DNA of 64,000 bases from Lingula anatina (GCA_051362555.1 CM120649.1:15390567-15454566); one strand, 5' to 3'. Positions 38,101 through 51,854 are shown, counted from the first letter of the stretch. Program-made: numbers and translations. The notes: generated by a model from the letters alone, not told the origin.

Positions 38101-41100
38101 CTTTTGTGTTGAAAACACATGGCAAGTGAGGAAAAGATCTTAATTAAATCTATATTAAATTAATATTAAGGGAATTTTTTGTCTTGACAATTTTAGATAT
38201 TGCCTTAAATTAATTAAAATTATATGAATGGGTATCTGTTTACCATTCTCTCTCTCCCTGGCAATTTCCTGTCTGGTTTTTCTATGCTGTGTTTGCATAT
38301 CAGTGAAAATAACCTAAAAATAACAACATGATCCACTTAAAACAATTCAAATGGTTACTTCTCAAATATGATTTTCAGTCACCCACATTTCATTTAAAAT
38401 CATTTTCTAAACAACTGGCTAAATAAACTTAAGTTAGCTACTGTTAAAAAATGTGTAAACTCTATCATGTCCGTCTTAACTCTATCATTCTTCAATTTAG
38501 AGGTCATAGGTAAAACTGATGTTACTCAAACCATGAGTTCATCACGAAAATTAAGGAATTGCAGAGGAAAAAAGTAAAAGAAAAAAAGGACCGATCCATT
38601 TTGAAAAGCATTTGACCTGTCAAAAAATGGGTATCCCATAAGGCATGGCAATTATGGCACTAGTGACACTTAGTGCTTAGTATGACAAGAGATCTGGGCC
38701 CCGTAACTCGAAAGCATCCAGCATTGCGACCAAGTGCAAGTGTCTCGATTCCATAATTCACCCATACTCGTCCCATATAACACACTGTAGCCTCTATGTG
38801 ATATCGCTATTCGCAATACGCTAAGCTTTTGAGTTACAGGGCCCTGATCATTAGTATCAGTTGTGTTTGTCTTACTTCAGACTTTACATTTGGCACAGGT
38901 ACATATTCACGTTTGGACAGCATCATCTTGTACTTCCTGTAAGGTGTGAACCAATGGAACTCGGAGAACTGCCTCCTGAAATTGAAATTTTAAATAAATA
39001 AATTTATCCAAATATGAAGCTGATCTCAAGATTTTACTTAGCCAATTGAAAGAAGATAAGCTTGGTAGGCATCCATTTCAATGAGATAGTTTCACTATTT
39101 GTTAGATCAATTTGATTGCCAAAGCTTGCTACAATGCTTTCCTCCAGTAAAAATAAGTCCTGAACAACCTGTCACACAAACCACCACATGTAACGATTAC
39201 ACAGATTTAATTCCTTTTCAATAATTTTATCTATCCACAGTCTTTTTTGCTGTTTACACATATCAAGTAAGTTTATAACATTGCTGCTCTCACTGTGCCT
39301 GTGTATCTTTTACCTGCTATATCTCCAGACATTGATATATCCTGCCTGGTCCACCGTCACCATGTTCTTGATGGTCTCTATGAAGCACATGTGGATCAGG
39401 GGTCTCCTGTGCTGGTGGAGCAACTCCCCGGGGACACCCTGACCTATGGTGCTCTTCTCTTCTTCCTCCTCCACTGGTATCTGCATGGAGATTGATAACA
39501 GATGTGTGAAATGCAGGGTGAAAACAGTGTCATGTGAAACACTGTGAAAACAGATGTGAAACACAGGGTGAAAACCGAAATATGTGAGACACGGTGAAAA
39601 CAAATGTGAAAGATATACATAGTTTTTTCTACTTAGTTCTATAATTTCAAACAGTCTCTAGTATAGTGTCAAAGAATCTATGCTGGCATATTGAGCAAAA
39701 TAACCTCCTTGGCGGAGGTAAAAAAATGGACAACCCTATAGGAAATCTCCAGTTGGAATTCAAATGTTTTATAATATGACCACTGAAAATACCAGCTCAA
39801 ACAAATTCTGGCCTGATGTTAGCATAAAGCAATTACAGTAAGTTTTAAGGTAAATTTTAAACATTTCATCTGCTTAAAATTTATCAAATTCTTGTTAGAA
39901 GATATTTCAAAATGCTACACATGATTTAAAATATCTAAAGAAATGTGAAACACTATGCTATTCTTCAAATTTATCAACTTTTAGGTCAAATTCTGAATTC
40001 AGCTGATACCATCCAGCTATCTGACAGAGAAATTCTACCCAAAAGTAAGCCTAGATGTACCTTTTCCTGTAAAATATTTGGCACATGTTGGAGCTCTGCG
40101 TCAGCTCCTGTTATCATACTCTCCAGGTGGCACTTGAGTATGTCACCACTGCGCAAGGCAACGCACACTTGAGACTGAAAATAATTGTATAAAATACATA
40201 ATTTCATAATCTTATAAATGCTGCTTTTCACAAGATACTATTAAATCTTCCAATTTGTCTTCACTTTCATCACTGTTATCATTTTTATTATTCTAATCAA
40301 ATTGTTCACAATATTTTAATGATCACAATAATTTTGAAGAAATAAGTATTTTAGAAAGACTGCATTGAATAAAAATATAAGGAGAAGAAACTATTCAATT
40401 TTATCATTATTACTGTAATTTAATTATCTTCATTATCAATTATCTTTTCAAACATGACTGTCATCATCATCACAGTTGTCAGTAAAAAAATATATTATCA
40501 TCAACATCATCTATATTATCAGTAGACAATAAAGCCACTGGTGCGTACCTGAGATCCCATGAGAGAGACCGCTGGGTAAAAGTCTGCCAAAACTGGACCC
40601 TGCCGGCCCTTCTGGATGTCCATTTCAAACAATGTTCCTGACATAACAAAATCAATGTGAAGTGATGAAAATTGTCACACCACTGGTTGTGAAGTCAGTT
40701 TGCACTGTGTCGTTGAGGAATATGAAAATGTCAATCTTTAAACTGACATGAATAAAAAGCTCTAGGAAATTTTTTCATGGATTTTAGACCAAGGAATGTG
40801 GTGCAGTTCTTTAAATTCCCAATATTTTCTCCAAATGAACTTATCATAAGGAGAGATTCAGGCTTTTAACTTAACATCTAACCCTTATCTTTTTAATGAT
40901 AATTGTTCACTATTATTTGTTCCTGTACTAAGAAATCTAACAAAATACTCAAATTCAAAGTGGTCACCCATGTTCTACCTGCTGTAAAGTTGAAGTCTCT
41001 GGAATCAGCCTGTAGTTTGGCCAGCAAAGTGAGAGGAGGCGGCACAAACATCTCTGCATCTGCCTGCAATTCCAAAGCCTTCAGGCCTGTCCTGGAGAGC

Positions 41101-44100
41101 TCTCCTGGAGTCATGGACCAGACTTTGACTGCCCCCTAGTGGACGAGGAAATAAGTCAGAATTAGTATCAAGTTTTTTGTGACCTGACTGATATTTCCAA
41201 ATAAAACATTAATGCTAATGTTCTACAATTAATAACATCTATAAATTCTTTACAGATACAGAAATCACATATAACTGACCTTTTTGTCAACGGTGACCAG
41301 TCGTCTGCCTGTCACACTCCATGATATGTCCACCACGACAGAATCCTCCACTGATTCATTCCTAACAGCTCGGACAGGTTTCATGACATCTCTCCTTATA
41401 TCATAGACTATAATATCTCCTGGAAAATAAATTTCCTTCATTTCTGTTGTTCTTTTTTTTTTTTAAGACAAAAAACACATTTTGCCAATCTGACTGTTAC
41501 CACCCTTTTTACCTTAATGAAATATCATGTCTGTAACAATGGCAAAATTTGAAATGCTACTTTCTCATTATACAAAAGGTGTAAGACCACTCTTTACATT
41601 TTCAGGACAAGGCTAAAAGCTTTTTGAGCCGTACTTATAACAAGGGTGGAATGGATACAATCATTCAGGCTATTTTTTCTATCTAGGTTGTCTTTTAGGA
41701 TGAGGTGAACCATTGGGCGGGGGAAAGGGGCAGAGCTTAAGGGCATATGAACCCAAAAACGGGGGAGCTAAGGGGCTGTGCCACTCTTTTTGGACTCATC
41801 TTATAAAAAGAAAAAAAAAATACATATGAAAATACATGGGAAAAACTCCATATGAAACAAGTGCCTGGTTTACCTCCCATTGCACAGAGTAATATCTTGT
41901 GCCCTTGTCTAAACCAAAATTATTATATATCTTAAATATAATGCGTCCTTGTCTACACCAAAGGTATTACCACGTAACTTAAATTTTCTGTTATAAACTA
42001 GTGTACTTACCGTGACCAGTTCCAACAGCCAGCAGGTTCCTGATCTTGGACAGCTTAGCAGAATAGATTCCATGGCACTTCTTGGACAAGTGAGTGACAT
42101 TAACGTCTGCCACTTTTGTCTGAAATATTTAGAAAATTCTTAATATGCTAAACTTGCTAAGAGGCATCAAAATGTAGAATGGAACTAAAAGATATACAAA
42201 TTAATGTCATTTCCTGCTATAAATGTCTCATTTTAAATATCTTATCCATAGAAAACAATCAATTAGAAAGAGATCACTAAATCAAACAACCTGTTAAAAG
42301 TGGCAATAATAGACTATCAAATATGGTTTCAATTGAAAAAAAAAATACTTTCAATAATAAAAAGTAAAATATCTTAAAGTTATTAAAAAAGTAGTCTAAT
42401 AGAAAAATCAAAAACGTATTTCAAAAGATGACATACTAGTCCATTATACAATTACTATTGAGAACACTATGTGAACAGGAGATACAATATCAACTTACTT
42501 TCCAGTACAAGCTCTCCACGTTTTGATAACCTATCAGAGCTCTCTTTACTGCTCGCTCAGCATCAGACTCGGAATCAATTGGTGTTACATTCTTCAGATT
42601 CACAGGCACAATGTTGTGAAATTTTAAAATAGTAACGTCATCTTCCTCTGGGGCACTACAAATGAGTAAATATTCATGTTAAGAAACATCTATAATATGG
42701 AACTATTATAAATGGTACATAAATGAAACGATCAGTTTAAAGGGATAATAACTCTTCGTTTGGACCAAAAAATGAATTTTCCTGGAGTAAACAACAATTT
42801 TCCCATACTTACCAATGGTTAATGAATCCATTTTTACATTTAAAGTTAGTCCCTGGTTTTTTTCTAAAAAGTTTGGTTTTTTGTTAAAATCTCTTAAGAG
42901 ATTTTAACAGAGTATAGCCATCAATGGAGGTCACGTGATCTAAAGACAAGGTCAGATATCAGAATAATAGCTATAACTGCCGTTTTTGTGGTAAAACAGA
43001 ATATATTATATTTCTATGAGTTATTCACAATGTTTTTATTGTGAAATATAGATCTCATACGAAGAATTATTATCCCTTTAAGTTAATGCTAATGCTATCG
43101 TTGAAAAGATCTCCCAGCTCCCAAATTTGACCAATTGATGAAATACAACTTTAGCTCACACGTTTTAAATAGTTTAACCCTCAATCACCTTTCAGGGGCC
43201 TCGCAGGCCCGGACCCATGTATCTTTTGCTCTCTCTTCATTAGCATGAGGTTTTGAGCCTGTTCCTTTCATGTAATCCTCAAGCAACTTATACCCCATCA
43301 ATGGATAAATAATTAGTTTTGAAATAATTTACAACATATGTAGAAATTAACTTTTCCAAAAGTTAGTCCCATTTCCTGGAAACCGGGCCTCTGAGGCCCG
43401 GTCGCTTGATAATTTTACTTCCACATGGGATAAATAAGTCCATGTTACCTCAAATAGCTTTGCTATAAAATGTTTTACACAAGCAATATCATGTGTGCTA
43501 TGATTATCAGTATGGTCAATGAAATTTGCCTGTAAAAGATTCAAGACCTGGAGAAATTATTATTTATGAGTAATCGGTCACCTTGCATGGTCACCTGATA
43601 TGCAGATATCAGTTTAAATCTATAATTATTACATACCTTTGCGAAACTTTCCATTTTGAGAAAAAAAAACGTTTTTCCGCATTTTCCATACACAGTGTAT
43701 ACTCATGCACCCAGGTGGAGGTAAAGCGAGCAAGGTACTGGTGTAACATGAAAATCTGACTACCCCAGTCAGATTTTCATAATGAAAATCTGACTCCCCA
43801 TGAAAATTTGGCTCCCCCTCCACAAATGTTCATAAATCTTATTTTATTTGAGTATATGACTCTGATATTGTAGTATGTAAAATGGAAGATACTTTGGCAC
43901 TTTTTTTTTTTAAGTTTGCAGGTGAATATTTTCATGAAAAAAATATGAAAATTAAAAATGTGCACTTAACCGCCCATTGTCTCCCCTTTGAAAAAGCTAT
44001 TTATTTGATATTGGATGATCATTTCTACATATTTCCTTAAAATTTACTTTATGAAGATTATATTGGAAATATTTGAAAGTTTGATGGTAAACTATTGGGT

Positions 44101-47100
44101 GAAAAAACTAAAAAAAAACATGAAAAATAGAAAATTAAAAATGTGCATTTTATCACCCAATAACTCCCCTATGAAAAAGCTATTTATTTGATATTTGATG
44201 ATCATTCTGACATCTTTTCTATTAGGATACTTTATGAAAAATATATTGGAAATATTTAAAAGTTTGATGATTAAATAGTGAGTGAAAGAATGAAAAATAA
44301 ATCATGAAAATCTTCATTTTTATACCGATGAGATTTGGATTCCCATAAAGAAAAGGACCTATTTTATATTCAGTCACCATACCATTGTTTTTCTACATAG
44401 TTTGCACAGAGATGTACTTTTTGTTATTATTTGAAAGTTTGGTGGTGAAAATTTTGGTGAATATTTTTAAAACAAGTATTCATCTTACTACCTGTAGGTT
44501 TTGCACTTCCATGTCAAAATGCTACATTTTTAACTCAGGAAATTGGCCCCATCGCCTTTTTACTGAATTCTTCTTATATAGCATACCCAGTATTTTACCA
44601 TTCAAACTTTCGAATATTTCCAATATATTCTTCATTAAGTATCCTTAAAGAAAAGATGTCAGAATGATCATCAAATATCAAATAGATAACCTTTTCACAG
44701 GGGAGTCATTGGGTGTTAGAATACAAATCTTTAATTTTTCTTATTTTTCATGTGTTTTTTTTTTTTATTATTTTTTTCACCCAATTTTTTAACCATCAAA
44801 CTTTCAAGTACTTTCAATATATTCCTCATAAAGTATCCTCAAAGAAAAGATGTCAGAATGATCATCAAACATCAAATAAATAGCTTTTTCATAGGGGGGG
44901 GGGGGGGGTCATTAGGTGTAAGAATAAAAATCTTTAATTTTTCTTATTTTTTAATGTGTTTTTTTATTATTTTTTTTTTTCACCCAATTTTTTAACCATT
45001 AAACTTTCAAGTACTTTCAATATATTCCTCATAAAGTATCCTCAAAGAAAAGATGTTGAAATGGTCATCAAATGTCAAAGAAATAGCTTTTTCATAGGGG
45101 AGTCCTTGGGTGGTAAAATACATATCTTTAATTTTTCTTTGTTTTTTCATGAAAATTTTCACCTGCAAACTAACAAAAAGTGCCAATGTGTCCTCCATTA
45201 TGCATACTACAATATCATAGTCATTTACTCAAATTAAATTAGATTTTTGAATGTTTTTTGGGGGGAGTCAGATTTACATGGTACACCGGGCCTCTGAGGC
45301 CCGGTTTCAGGGTTTACGTAGGGTTCCATTTCCTTGTGGATGAGGGTTAAAGCAATAATAACTCTTCATTTCGGCCAAAAAATGAATTTTCCTGGAGTAA
45401 ACAACAATTTTCCCATACTTACCAATGGTTAATGAATCCATTTTTACATTCAAAGTTAGTCCCTGGTTTTTTTCTAAAAAGTTTGGTTTTTTGTTAAAAT
45501 CTCTTAAGAGATTTTAACAGAGTATAGACATCAATGGAGGTCACGTGGTCTAAAGACAAGTTTAGATATCAGAATAAAATCTATAACTGCTGTTTTTGTG
45601 GTAAAACAGAATATATTATATTTCTATGAGTTATTCACAAGGTTTTTATTGTGAAATATAGATCTCGTACGAAGAGTTATTATCCCTTTAAGTGACCAAA
45701 AAACAATGAAATTCATATTAGACAAAGTAAATAGCTAAAGGTGGAAAGAAAAAGTGTATTGAAATATGTAACTGTATACATTCAATAGACTTCATAGGAT
45801 GATTCTTATGGTTCACTTCACCTTTGTACATTAGCCTTTCCTTTAACTGTAATATTCTGCGAGTGTCCCCAAATTTCTTTCCTGTATTTGTCCCTATTCT
45901 TCTTAATCCTGTAGAAGGCCTTGGTGACCATGTTGTAGGCTGGGTCATCCTCTCCTCTCCCCTCTGGGACACCTGTGGTGACAATCTGGGGACACGGAGA
46001 CAAAGTTATTCATACCTGTATACATCCCCACCCCCACCCCCTCTCTTTAACCAACCCAGTTTTTACTTAGGAATATCAAATGGCATATCTTGGGACAGTG
46101 TGGGCAAGGCATGTGCACAGAACACCTTACCCAGAAAAGGGCGGTATTGGTAAGTTTTCATTAATAAACAAAAAATTGGAAGGCAAATGTTAAGAATTTG
46201 GAGTAATTCAGCACTTGCCATGGTGCTGTATTTACTACTCAGGAGTATTTCCAATAGATATGCCTCTGAATTATTGAACTATATTCAATTTGCCATTTTT
46301 ATAATAAGATAAACATACCTCAATTTGTTTCATGATCATATTGGCAGTCATCACGCGTATCATCTCAGCAGTTTGTTTGTATTCTTCGGCTACCCTGGTA
46401 CATTCCTCATGAACTGCCTGGAACAAAACAAGTATAACTTAATATGAAGTCAATGTATCTGTATATTTTGTTACAAAACAATGTTTATGTAAGAGTTTCT
46501 TTTAGGATTCCTATATTCCAATTTCTTAAACAAGACATCCTCCTCACAGAATGAGGCTAAAATGAAATACTGGAGAGGCAAGAACTCAGATTTCAGCTGT
46601 TGATGGAACTTTCTAGTAACATTAAAACAATCACAACAATGCACAACTAACACAATCTTTGTTTTAAAGGCCAGGTTCTTCCTTACCTCTTCCATTATCT
46701 CCTGCAAGGCATCATCTGCAACCACCTGTACAGCAAGATAGTTCCGTGTTCTCGAGAGCTCCTTGGACTGTTCGTCCATCATTGCTCTAGAGAAATAAAA
46801 TCTTAACTTCAACATATTTTCCATCATTGCTCTAGAGAATAATTTCAAAATACGATCTCTACTTCAAACGTGTTATACATGCAGGGTCTTCCGGTGCTCT
46901 TACTGAACAAATAATAATACATTATTATAAGATGCAAACACATTGTATTTATTCATAGAATTATGGGTGCCTCCATCTGGAACTGCCTGTGAACAAAAAT
47001 ATTTGGCAAACAGGACAACTCTCTAGGCTGTTCTTAACAGCCAGTTAGCCAGATACTGCACTTGTATTTGTTATTGGAAGTAAATATGGCAGCTGAAATG

Positions 47101-50100
47101 CATGCCCCTTCCCTCCATCCACTGGTGTACTAACCTGGCTGCTGTAACATTAGTAGTGGGCATGGCAGCCATGAAATACATGTCTCCCTTCCTTTCTTCT
47201 TAGTGTACTACCCCCCCCCCCCCCCCCCCCCCCCCCCAAATTCCTTGGTATACTAACCTGGCTGCTGTAATGTTGGTTGTAGGTATGGCAGCCCTGAAGT
47301 ACATGTCCAAGAATCGGTTCACAGTCTCGTCAACAATACTTCTCACCTGGAACGGGGGAAAGAATTTAAATGTGAAGATCTATAATGTTTTCCAAAAGGA
47401 CAGTTTATATTTCAGAGAAATATAATTTTAATTTGTTTTCAGTGGGCTTCTACTGATTCATCTTATGTTAAATTACATGAATGTTTGGTCCATAAGTTTA
47501 AACCAATTTCTAGTCTAATTTTTCTACTTTTATGACACTGCTACTGCTAAAAGAGAATCTCAATCTCTTATAGACTTACCATATGGTAGTGTGGTAGTTG
47601 CCAGTTCTGATACGAGTGAATGTCAAGTTCTCCATTGTATGGTGCATAAAGCTGTCTTCTTCTCCTTTCCAGCTCCTGCCTTAAATCACAAAAACATCAG
47701 ATTTGTTCAATTTTAAAGTAATATGCCAGAGTACTTTGGAGAGGTTTTCATGGATTATATACATAAATTGATGTTACTTGTTACAAACCATGATTATACT
47801 ACTCCATGTATAACTTTTACAAAAGGACAATAAATTTGGAAGCATAAATAAATAAATAGAATGATAAATTAATTATTCAAAACAGAAATTACTTTAATCT
47901 GAGCAGTCTATCCTCTGTATCTGGCAACCTGTTCTTGACATCTGAGATATAAGACGGCACAGACTGGACCACATTGCCAGGAATTATGGGAACCACATCC
48001 CGCTGTCTGCCACCGCTGCTGCCCTCGGACCCAGTCTCCTCTTTGAGAGTTCTCATCTTCTCTGACATCTTCTCACTCTCTGCTATCAGCCTTTCTCTTT
48101 CTTTGTTCAGCTGTCTGAATAAGTAAATAGTAAATAAATGATAATACTGTGTAAATTAGTCATATTTTACATAAATTATGTTTTTTAATTTATTGCTGGA
48201 CAATTAAGAGCTGAAGTCTCTGAGAAGGAGACATAACATTGTCAATTAGACTTAATTCAGAGCAGTAATAGATTTAAAAAGTTTATTTGATTAAACTAGT
48301 TTACTCATAAATTGACAGAGAAGTGAACATGCAAATAAAGGAAAAAGAACAAATAAATAAATAAATACATGCTCACCTTATGTGTAGTGTGTACTCCTCC
48401 CTTTTCCGCGCATGCTCTTTGTTGCGACTGCTGATGACATCTTCAAGGACACGTGGGCGCGGACTGCTGCCCGATCTCACATCTATCCCTACCATTGATA
48501 AAGAGTCAGATTTGAGTTTTGACCCCTTAACTTAGTACAATAGTATCTTTGCAGGATGTCTCATTATAACTTCACCACATAGAGACAAACTAATCCCTCC
48601 ATTATCCCACTAAGTATCAATTATGTATTTAACTGTACATTAGAATATGTCACCATTCTAAAAAAATAATGCAGCTCTAAGACAAGTCATCACTTACCAG
48701 CGATAAATATTAAAACGATTATAGCATTCAAATTCCTTTAAAAATTTTCTAAATAAAAAATTCCACTGAAATGATAATAACATGGTATCAGTATTTGTTT
48801 GTTTTTTGCTTTCATTTTTACTCGAGAAATATTTCCACTTACCTACATCTGGGCTTGATCTCTCTCTTCCCAAGTTACCATTATAGCTATTGTACACATC
48901 CTGGCTCAAGTGATCCTGAAATATTCGCCATAAATATTGTGAGATTCATAAGTGATAATTTATAAATACATTATTCTATTATGTTTTAAATATAAGACAT
49001 TTTTGGTTTTGTATCTAAATAGGGTGTATTGGTAACAGCCTTCAGAACTCAAACCACAAAATTTAATTTAAAAAAATGCACAGCTTTGGTACACACACAC
49101 ACATACATACACACTCCATACTCAAAGATCCAGCCATAGAAATGGACACACACTCACATGCGCACGCACTTATTCTGTGCCATAACAGCACACTTTATTT
49201 CACATGCATGTTTAACCACAAAGTTGAAGTTTCCATTGCAGATAGATCACTAATTACATAAAAGCCGTTTACAATGCAGATAGATGAACCCTTCTTAACA
49301 GACTGTCTGATTACACCGTGTGGGGAGTAAGTGTTTTTTCTTTGTCTCTTGAAGTTATTATAGAGGAACAGCCAGTAGTGAGGGTAATAGCAGGTGGGTG
49401 GGGAGAGGGGTTTCTTTTTTTTGGGGGGGGGGCATCATTAACAGTGAACTCAGATTAATTAGACCAATAAGTGCTGTATATCTATACAGCTCATTGGCAA
49501 AACAGTTCTTTGAGAAAGATTACACAAAGGGCGGCCTGCCTATCTTTAATTTCAACAGGGCTTCATATTCAGCACATTCCCAACAGCTGACTGACATATC
49601 TCCAGATCAAATACGACCGACCCGCTTGAATGCTTGTTGAATAATCCCCACAGGGAATCTAGATCAAGATCAAGATCAAGTGGCAAAGTTTGATCCGCGG
49701 GTCTGTTAATCTGCTGTTGTAAATGCGGTCATGGTATACATCTGTACCAAGGCTTTCTGTTCTCTTTGTCTCTTTTCCTCCCATTTCTGCAGTTGTTGTT
49801 GTTGTATTGTATGTGTCCTGAAAAGGATAAGACAAAATAATTAGACAAAAAAAAAGTTTAATCGCTTCCGCATAGACTTTTAAAGCATATTCTTATTCCT
49901 GTTGCTATCAATTTTATTTTAAATAAATCCATGATGAGTTGTAATAACTAATAACATTTTTACAAGATTTCAACATGAAAGATGAAACATACTTTAAAAG
50001 GGTCAAATTATGCTGTGAATAAAATTAACACAATTGTTTATCATTGATGAAAAACTTTCAACTGACAGAACATTCATCATGTTTGTTTCTCCACTGATGA

Positions 50101-51263
50101 TAAAAGTAGTTTGTTTCTCCACTGATGATAAAAGTAATGTTCAAACAAGATTCATTTCAAAAGGTACTAACAGGGATTTGCACATAATCATACAGTATGG
50201 TTTTGTGTAGAAAAATAAGCTCAGCCACAATGCTGAAATAATTACATTACAAAAAATAAAAATAAAAACAAAGATATGATGTACACCAAAAAGAACATGT
50301 GTAAAGCCTCTATCCCCAAAATAACCTCTAACAAGTAGCGATGGGTAAAAATGCAATCATGCTTTTTATGTCAATAGCTATTACAATAATATTGTAAATA
50401 ATCATATTATGTAGAAATAAAAAAGGATGAAGTCATCCTAAATAGAGATTAATCACATGATTTTTATACATAGGATATTACAATTGTTTTTTTAAAAGCC
50501 CAAGCACATGCATACAAATTTATAGGGATACAGACAGCATGCATAGGGAAGGAAATAAACCGCCCCCCTATAAATACCATACCTTTCAACTCCACACAGA
50601 TACTTCTAAAAAAGGGATTTTATCAGCATTAGACATATGGCAAAAAGAAGAGGAAAGCAATACTAAAGCTGATACTTTAAAACATAGATGAACAACCTTA
50701 GTGTGCTACCAGTCAACAGTAAAGGTAAGCAGTTTAATTGATGTATGATTTAGAAAAAAAATTAAAGGATTTAATTACTGGTTTAAAGTGATACAAAGTA
50801 AAACACCAGGTGAATTTGATTAGATAAAGGGTAACTTATGTAACTGGAAGAAGGCAAGTAGAAAGAACTGTTCTCAGTCCTTTATCAAAGCCAAAATTAT
50901 GTCCATCTATCACTGCCAAAGAGTGAAATGTTTTAAATTCCTCTAAATGTCTTGAATATAAGTTATTCCAGTTCCTATCAAAACTTCTGAATATTCTGTT
51001 CAATGGAAATAGAAAAGGAAAGAATGAAGAATTTGAGGTGTGAGAAAGAAAGAGGGGGTATTAAAGAACCCCGTTAAAAAGAAAATAGGAGGAGTGGGAA
51101 TGACATTTGATTCTCCTCTCTTTAAATCTCCCTTAGTCTTAACTCACCTTCTATAAATATCTTCCTCCAATATCTGCCTGTTCCGCTGCACCTCAGCCAG
51201 TCTCTGTCTCTGGGCCTCTAAGTACTCCGCCTCGCTCACCTTAGGCCGACTTGGTGAGAACAT
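26181..51263 (-). CDS. Multi-exon gene, ~1048-aa uncharacterised protein with N-terminal coiled coil and WD40-like beta-propeller repeats
   Basis: Hand-assembled GT-AG exons with consistent phases (high..low): 51263-51148, 49817-49748, 48915-48843, 48482-48377, 48114-47893, 47679-47580, 47346-47258, 46786-46687, 46417-46319, 45985-45822, 42655-42499, 42119-42011, 41419-41280, 41135-40979, 40637-40549, 40174-40061, 39480-39314, 38975-38876, 38313-38244, 38006-37936, 37664-37536, 31890-31800, 31419-31295, 30923-30794, 30350-30241, 29722-29637, 26343-26181 (TAA). Total 3147 nt, stop-free. Starts MFSPSRPKVSEAEYLEAQRQRLAEVQRNRQ. WD-like segments: LLAVGTGHGDIIVYDIRR, DISWSVTGRRLVTVDKKGAVKVWSM, MVTVDQAGYINVWRYS. 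The start codon and the last junction are the least certain parts; orthologue not recognised. Confidence 0.88.
26449..29600. mobile_element. HINE-like family B, copy 1, filling the last intron of the WD40-like gene
   Basis: Begins AACAAGGCAGCAAAGCTG...TGTACAGACA and ends TGTGTCTGTACATAAAAA (sub-terminal inverted repeat). Internal subrepeats are shared with 34528-37519. Confidence 0.65.
27020..27258. mobile_element. Short HINE-like element nested in family B copy 1 (end remnant also at ~39697-39722)
   Basis: AACTAGAAAAGCACTTTGAGAGTGCAGACCTCTGCCAAGG ... ATAACCTCCTTGGCAGAG: 5' hairpin plus sub-terminal inverted repeats. Confidence 0.65.
32305..34527. mobile_element. HINE-like family A, copy 2, complete, with a tandemly duplicated ~500-bp end
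   Basis: Begins AACTAGAGG with hairpin GAGGCGATACCGCCTC. Sub-terminal ATTGTACCACCAGC (32341) pairs with GCTGGTGGTACAAT at ~34035 and ~34512. Four ~146-bp monomers at 32510-33075. Confidence 0.75.
34528..37519. mobile_element. HINE-like family B, copy 2, with an internal ~1.2-kb tandem duplication
   Basis: Same start as 26449. Segment 35130-36310 is repeated at 36325-37519. ~130-bp subunits carry GCTGATTTTCGAACTTGACCTGCG. Terminal hairpin TGTACAGACACATCTGTGTCTGTATA. Confidence 0.7.
38697..38843. mobile_element. MITE, PIF/Harbinger-like
   Basis: TIRs GGCCCCGTAACTCGAAAGC / GCTTTTGAGTTACAGGGCC, with a 3-bp CTG duplication on both sides. Confidence 0.75.
42741..43077. mobile_element. 337-bp TTAA-flanked MITE (Kolobok-like), copy 1
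   Basis: TTAA|AGGGATAATAACTCTTCG ... CGAAGAATTATTATCCCT|TTAA, with an internal 28-bp perfect palindrome TGTTAAAATCTCTTAAGAGATTTTAACA. Confidence 0.8.
43178..45346. mobile_element. Non-autonomous piggyBac-like element containing a ~1.55-kb foldback (43738-45289)
   Basis: TTAA|CCCTCAATCAC ... GTGGATGAGGG|TTAA. Sub-terminal palindrome ACCGGGCCTCTGAGGCCCGGT at ~43382 and ~45285. Long internal inverted arms made of ~170-190-bp subrepeats. No transposase ORF. Confidence 0.65.
45351..45687. mobile_element. 337-bp TTAA-flanked MITE (Kolobok-like), copy 2
   Basis: Near-identical to 42741-43077, same orientation, TTAA on both sides. Confidence 0.8.
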
Positions 51264-51854
51264 TGCCAACTGCAGGGTAGGTGGAGCTTCTGCTAGTGGA
51301 ACTCCTTCATGTCTGAACATTGAAATTGAAATTGAAACAAACTGTACCTTTGCTACAGTATACAGTTAACTACATGTAGTTAACTGAAATGTGGGTGAAA
51401 ATCAGAGTATGCAATATGGAAAAAAGCTCCTGGATTTGACCAGTTCACAACAACAACAATTAAATTGAAAAACAGTGCAAAACACACCTGGAATTTCAAC
51501 TTGGTACAAATAAACTAGAGAAATGTGAGGTAAAAAGGGTAAAAGAGGTTGAAATGTTCACAAGAAAAATCACAAGGCGTGTACTCAAGTGTAAAAAACA
51601 GTTGCCGGCTAACCTCATGTGAATGTATGAGCTTCTAAGATGAGAACAGCTCACCTGTGATACGGTTGAGTGAATTTGTCATGGAGAACGAATGTGGCGA
51701 GCACGTGGTGATATCAATTTCAAAAACGTGTCAAAACTTCTTTATATACCGTGAACGGCTTCCTTATGGGCCCTTGCAAAGTAAATTTCTTTAAAATGAA
51801 TTCAGTTACCTGACGCACCTGCCCCTCCCGTCATAAAACAAAGAAAATCCTGAC

